Source of the DNA: Elsinoe ampelina
Lineage: Eukaryota
NCBI GenBank assembly: GCA_010093995.1
Contig: ML992508.1
Coordinates: forward strand, 1-64,000
Reading direction: 5' to 3'
Length of the DNA stretch: 64,000 nucleotides
The notes below the pieces were generated by a model that was given only the letters and a program-made list of their open reading frames with translations, was not told the origin of the DNA and did not search any database. The position numbers were made by a program, and so were the translations under genes. Each line of letters begins with the position of its first letter. Position 1 is the first letter of the stretch. Shown here piece by piece: positions 59,237-64,000 of the stretch.

Positions 59237-61022
59237 TGTGGAAGCAAGACTTGATTGATTCAGAAGATATTTGTGTGGAATAAAGACTGTGTGGAATTCC
59301 ACCATCAAGAACATCCATGTCTCTTATATTTCTCGCTCTCAGTTCACCGCTCCGTTCCGAAAGCCATCCGATCATCCATTCATTGCAGTAAACGGTCCTG
59401 CAGGGAACAGCGTACTCCAGCTCATCCCTTGTGACTGCGTCGAGCTGACCGCTGCAGCTGCGTCCTTGCTCCTGCAGCGTACGAATATGCAGAAACAAAG
59501 CCAACCTTCAAGCTTGATTCGCAAATGAACGAGATGGCGGAAGGGATGAAGGAGAGGACTTTGCAAGAGACGGCACCTACCAGAACGACTGCCTTTGTAG
59601 AGTGCTGCAACGAGAAGCTAGGGCAGCATACAGTTCCGCGAGGTGGTCCAGCGGCACTCCTGAACAAGTATCGTACGAACAGTATGCACCGTTCGAATGA
59701 ACCATGCATGAAGTCCGGGATCGAGCATCCGATTGAATCTTATTGGTCTTGTTGTCACACCGCTATATGCACCGCGATAATATCACAAGCTCAATTTGAT
59801 GCTCTCCTGGTTTAAAAGCCCATCCGGGTAGAAAAGTCCCCAGAGCGTATGAAAACCCCCTCAACTCTGCGCTGGAGCTATCGGCCCACGCACAACAATA
59901 AGCGAGGTCTTACTGACAGGAAGTACTATTTGAAACTCCAGTGGCGCAGTCTCGGCATGTTACATATACCGCAGCGGTGACTTGCCCGCAGGACTGAAGG
60001 AGACCAGCACAGCTGCAAACTTCGAGCAGACTCGAGCTCATTAGGAAGGTCAATGGCATAGAAGATCGGCAAAACGTCCATACCAATAGCGTACTGTCGG
60101 CACGGCCAATGGCGAGCTGCAGAGGTCGCACGAAAAGTCAGAATCTATACAGACCAACATTTCTTCACAGTGAATCGCCTTTCGCTGCCAATGGTACATG
60201 GCTATCGTGCAGATTGATTTTGCTATCTTGTCGCATGTCACCAATCACGTGGCGCGTCATGAAACTGAATAGCGATGGAGGGGTGATTTAGGGTAGACTA
60301 TTAATAGCAGGAAAAAAGTGGATGATGTAAAGTTTACACTTGGACACCGAGGAATTAGCCGAGAACAGCGGCGAGATTGCCAGATCTCTCTTTCCCAGCA
60401 ACGTGGACAGCTCTGTAACAGTAGTGACACGAGTGATGCATCTTGTCAACGACCGTGTTACTGCCCAAGCGGACAGTGAAGATGCTGATATTCGGTAAAC
60501 ACAATGTACGTTGCTGCGAGACAAACGACGATGACTGATCGCATCTCACTTCGACACAAGCGCAAACTCAGAGTGAGATTCCAGCTGAGGCTCTACTTTT
60601 GGAAGTCCCATCGCCCGAGACCGCAAATGCGACCGCCGATCTAGACCAATAGATGACCCTCGTCTTATACGCAGGAACCTATCTTCAGCAATGACGAGGC
60701 GGCGCCCCGTCCCACCCTCTCGATGACCCTGCAGGTTGACCAAGCGGATCTAGCAGCACCCCACTGTGTTGGTTGCCTCAACATCGCCCTATCAAACAAG
60801 GCTGAGAACGCTCAAACTCTTTGATCAGCAGCAGCCTGAGTGGCAATCATGAGTTTGTGCTGTGTGACGAGCTCGTTTCGTTGATGTCGCCGAATGCTGA
60901 AAGTGATCAAGCTGATAACTAGAGGGTAAGCTCGTTCCTGATATTGTCTCTTGTAGGTGGACTGCTGTCTTCAACTCCTTCTCTCGACAGAGCAGTACTA
61001 TTCCTGTTCTCATCACTCTATC

Positions 61023-62817
61023 ATGTCGACACCCACCACCGGAGCAATGCCTCCGGCATTCACGTTCCCAGGATCGCTCTACAATGGTGTCTCTTCCTAT
61101 GGGGGCAAAGGACCAGGAGTACTAGCCGTGAGCTGGTTCTTCTGCGCCCTCACTCTGATAGTAGTTGGACTGCGTACTTATGCTACAGTCTTTGTCATTC
61201 GACGGCCACGGATAGATCTGTGGATCATGCTTGTCGCACTGGTGAGTTTGCCCGACACCTGTCAGAATCTTAGTACTGACAAGGTCTGGTAGGTCCTGGC
61301 TTGTGTATCCCAAGGCTTCACACACCGAGCCGTCATATACGGGATCGGTCAGACCATGGGCCGTGTCGCTATCATGGATGCGATGCAAGCCAACCTCAAT
61401 GTCATCATATCCGTCTGCATCGGCCAGCTGTCATTGATCATTGGCAAATGGGGGACTGCTCTCCTCATTCTCCAGATCCAAGGGCAAACTAAGCCCAAGC
61501 TCAAGTGGATCTTATACATTGCGCTGGTGGTCAACACGCTCATCGGTCTCGCCGCGAGTATTCTGATGTGGCTCGGCTGCGACAGAGTAAAGGATCAATG
61601 GCAGACGAACCCCGTGTCTAATCCCACCTGCAAGACATTCCGGGTTGCCAACAATGTATCATTCACATACTGGGGTAAGATTCTACATGGACTTGTTCCG
61701 CGGATCATGCGCTGATTGTACTGCAGGCATCTCTGCATTCACCGACATCCTCCTCTCCGTCTATCCGGCGCTCATCTTTCTTCCATTGAACATGTCACTG
61801 GGCCGTCGTATCGGTCTCTGTGTGCTATTCTCCGGAGGTGTCGTTGCCGCCTCCTTCGCCATCCTTCGCATCGTCAAGACTCTTGCCATTGGCGAAATGT
61901 CCTTCATTGCGGACTACACTGGTGAAGCTGCTGAGACAGTGCGCTGGGCCATTCTCGAGATCTGGCTCGTGCTGCTCCTTACCAATATTCCACCTCTGCG
62001 GCCGCTCTTTGCCAAGGCACACACTCGTCTGTCCTCTGAAGACTCCCTCTTCAACCGCTTCTCCAAGTACGTCCGCAAGTCGACTCGCAGCCGCAGCAGT
62101 GCCGGCTCCGACCCGAAAGGACGCTCCGGACCTTCAGACATCGAAGCCCAGCGGCCGAACGGTCCTCCACCAACTCGTCAACGCCTACTCACTCTCGGTC
62201 CCATGACCAAAATCTCCCTCCACATGCCCAGCATCTTTACCTCCTCGCGCACCGGCGGGACCACCCGCCCATCACAGTCAAACAGGGACACCCAAGCCTG
62301 GTCCAAGTTCTCTTTCGGCTTCGGCAACACCCAAACCGACACCACCACCACGGCAACCGTCATGTCAGGTCACAGCCGCTCGCACAGCGACAGCACCAAG
62401 ATCGGCAGCGACGACTACGGGCACGGAAAGGAGAAGGAGAGCTACGATGGCTCTGCCGCGTTGGCGTCGAGCAATGACTCCTGGCTAGCGGACAACAGCG
62501 ACGGAGACGGGGAGAGTCTAGTCCCGCCGAGGTCGAAGTTCAGCCTGCAGAAGCCGCCGAAGGCGAAGGTGGCGCCGGCTGAAGGGCTGGAGGTGAGGGA
62601 GATGGCGCATCATCCTGGTGCGGGCATCATTGCTGTGGAGCAAGGGAGGGAGCGGGAGAGGAGGGAGATGGCGCATCACCCTGGTGCAGGCATGATTGCG
62701 GTTGAGAGGGAGGTCAATGTGAATGACTCCCCGAGGTGGTCTGGGTCGGCGCAGGTGGGGTCGAGGGCGGAGGTGCAAGGGAGTTGTCCGGGGGAGGTGG
62801 ATCCGAGGAGGTGGTAG
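61023..62817 (+). CDS. PTH11-like (fungal rhodopsin-domain, no CFEM) integral membrane protein (introns 61242-61292, 61675-61726)
   Basis: VGLRTYA, DLWIMLVAL, YGIG, SAFTDILLSVYP...LNM...RIGL..LFSGG and WAILE...NIPPLRPL, followed by a Ser/Thr-rich cytoplasmic tail. Confidence 0.85.
62595..62706 (+). repeat. in-frame duplication encoding REMAHHPGAG(I/M)IAVE twice (period 66 nt)
   Basis: Near-identical segments at 62595-62640 and 62661-62706. Confidence 0.85.
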
Positions 62818-62966
62818 GCAGTGCGAATGACTCGAAATGTGCTACGATTAGTTACTTGTACTATTCTCTTGTGGGGACCATCCTAGACAGATCTCGAGGA
62901 CGTTTACCCCATTACCCAACCATCGAACGAAGTCAGTGTGCTGGAGGTACATCCATTGCTACGGCT

Positions 62967-64000
62967 TTATTCTTCAGTAGCTATCCTCACATGACCGTGC
63001 ATCCACTTCAGAATTGCATCTGCGGCAATCTCCCTCCCTTCACCTCTGCGCTCGCAAGCTGCGCCTACCTCTGCAGCTCGTCGCTTGATATCCGCATCCC
63101 CAAGTACTCGTACTAGTTCTGACCCAAAGAATTCCGGGTCGACGGACGGTGCAACACCTGGGTTCCCAATCGCTCCAATACGGTGGTATTTAGCTCGTTC
63201 GGCGTACTCGTATGTATCCCACCAGATCGGCACGACCAGTTGGGGGATCCCGGCCCTGAATGATGTTAGATCGGGGGCCAAGTATATCTCAATGGTAACG
63301 TACCTGCATGCTTCGTAGAATGAGTTCGCCCCTCCATGATGAACCGAACAACAGATATGACCTGTCTGGAGGAGAGTCGATGGCTCAATATCCAGCCAAG
63401 ATATGATTCTCAGACGTCCAGTCTCGACATGAGGATTGAGCAGAGGTGCCATGTCACGGTCATTGGCCCAATCATATTTCAGCTTCCACAAGATCTGGAT
63501 CTCCTTGTTCAGGTCCAAAGCCTTCTGCAATCCCCGGGCAATAGCGAGTGAGGATGGACCGACCGCCCCTTGCAGTGATCCGAGATTTACCATCACGGTA
63601 GGTTGCTGGCTGAGCCACTTTAGGAGATCCCTGCCACTTGCGGTATCATCTTGCAGCGAAGGCATGATGATAGGGCCGCAGACGACAAGATTACTTGGAG
63701 TCTCCCTAAGTTCATCCCAGTCCGCTTCAGGTAGATGCGATGCGATGTAGAGATGACGCTTCTGGTACATGTCGTACATTGGAGATTGGTGTTTTATTCC
63801 TGCTTCCGTTCGTGCCTGGAAACGATCCATGGTTAGCTCCATAGAATAGGTCAAATGAGTGACCAACCTTTCGTATCTTCGCAAACATCGGACCTAATAT
63901 TACGGAATAGGCGAAGCACATGAACAAGGCAACGTTCTTCAACTTTTGCACTGTAGACAGTGGGTAGCTCATACCAGAACTTTGCCTGATGGTGTCAGTG
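62967..64000 (-). CDS. UDP-glycosyltransferase (GT1 family), 3' part; 5' end outside the window (introns 63816-63867, 63256-63303)
   Basis: CGPI, WL...VMVNLGS, QILWK and the UGT signature [42 protein letters not shown]. Confidence 0.88.

Noticed and set aside
1..64000. tRNA, rRNA or snoRNA genes
   Set aside because: None recognised by eye; tRNAscan-SE and Infernal could not be run, so absence is not proven.

Overview
Eukaryotic DNA from a filamentous ascomycete (Pezizomycotina). It is gene-dense with short GT-AG introns (about 46-71 nt) that carry CTRAY-type branch sites; the species cannot be determined from this window. Bases 1-~1650 are an AT-rich block mutated by repeat-induced point mutation (RIP), containing the 3' end of a Ty1/copia LTR retrotransposon. 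After it come a kinesin-4/KIF21-like motor, an SDR/AKR7/MFS trio, an orphan secreted protein and a probable sulfur-scavenging trio (Seo1/Liz1-type MFS, TauD/Jlp1-type dioxygenase, FMO). A housekeeping block follows: KCS1, BCD1, a DENN protein, MCH1, a UCS/She4 chaperone, an SDR and a free-standing AlaX. From ~41.7 kb the region looks accessory: Ecp2/Hce2-like effector, cyclase, SDR, ALDH, subtilisin, secreted EEP nuclease, fasciclin, Ada-type regulator, PsiD-like decarboxylase, PTH11-like membrane protein and a partial UGT. Most notable observations: (i) an AUG-free, in-frame, presequence-like extension of AlaX; (ii) three damaged genes (P450 relic, ALDH with a 5-bp duplication frameshift, Ada-like gene with one in-frame TAA); (iii) a Cys-free TauD in the sulfur trio. 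I cannot demonstrate a wholly new system. Splice models were read by eye and protein names come from motif recognition, not database searches.
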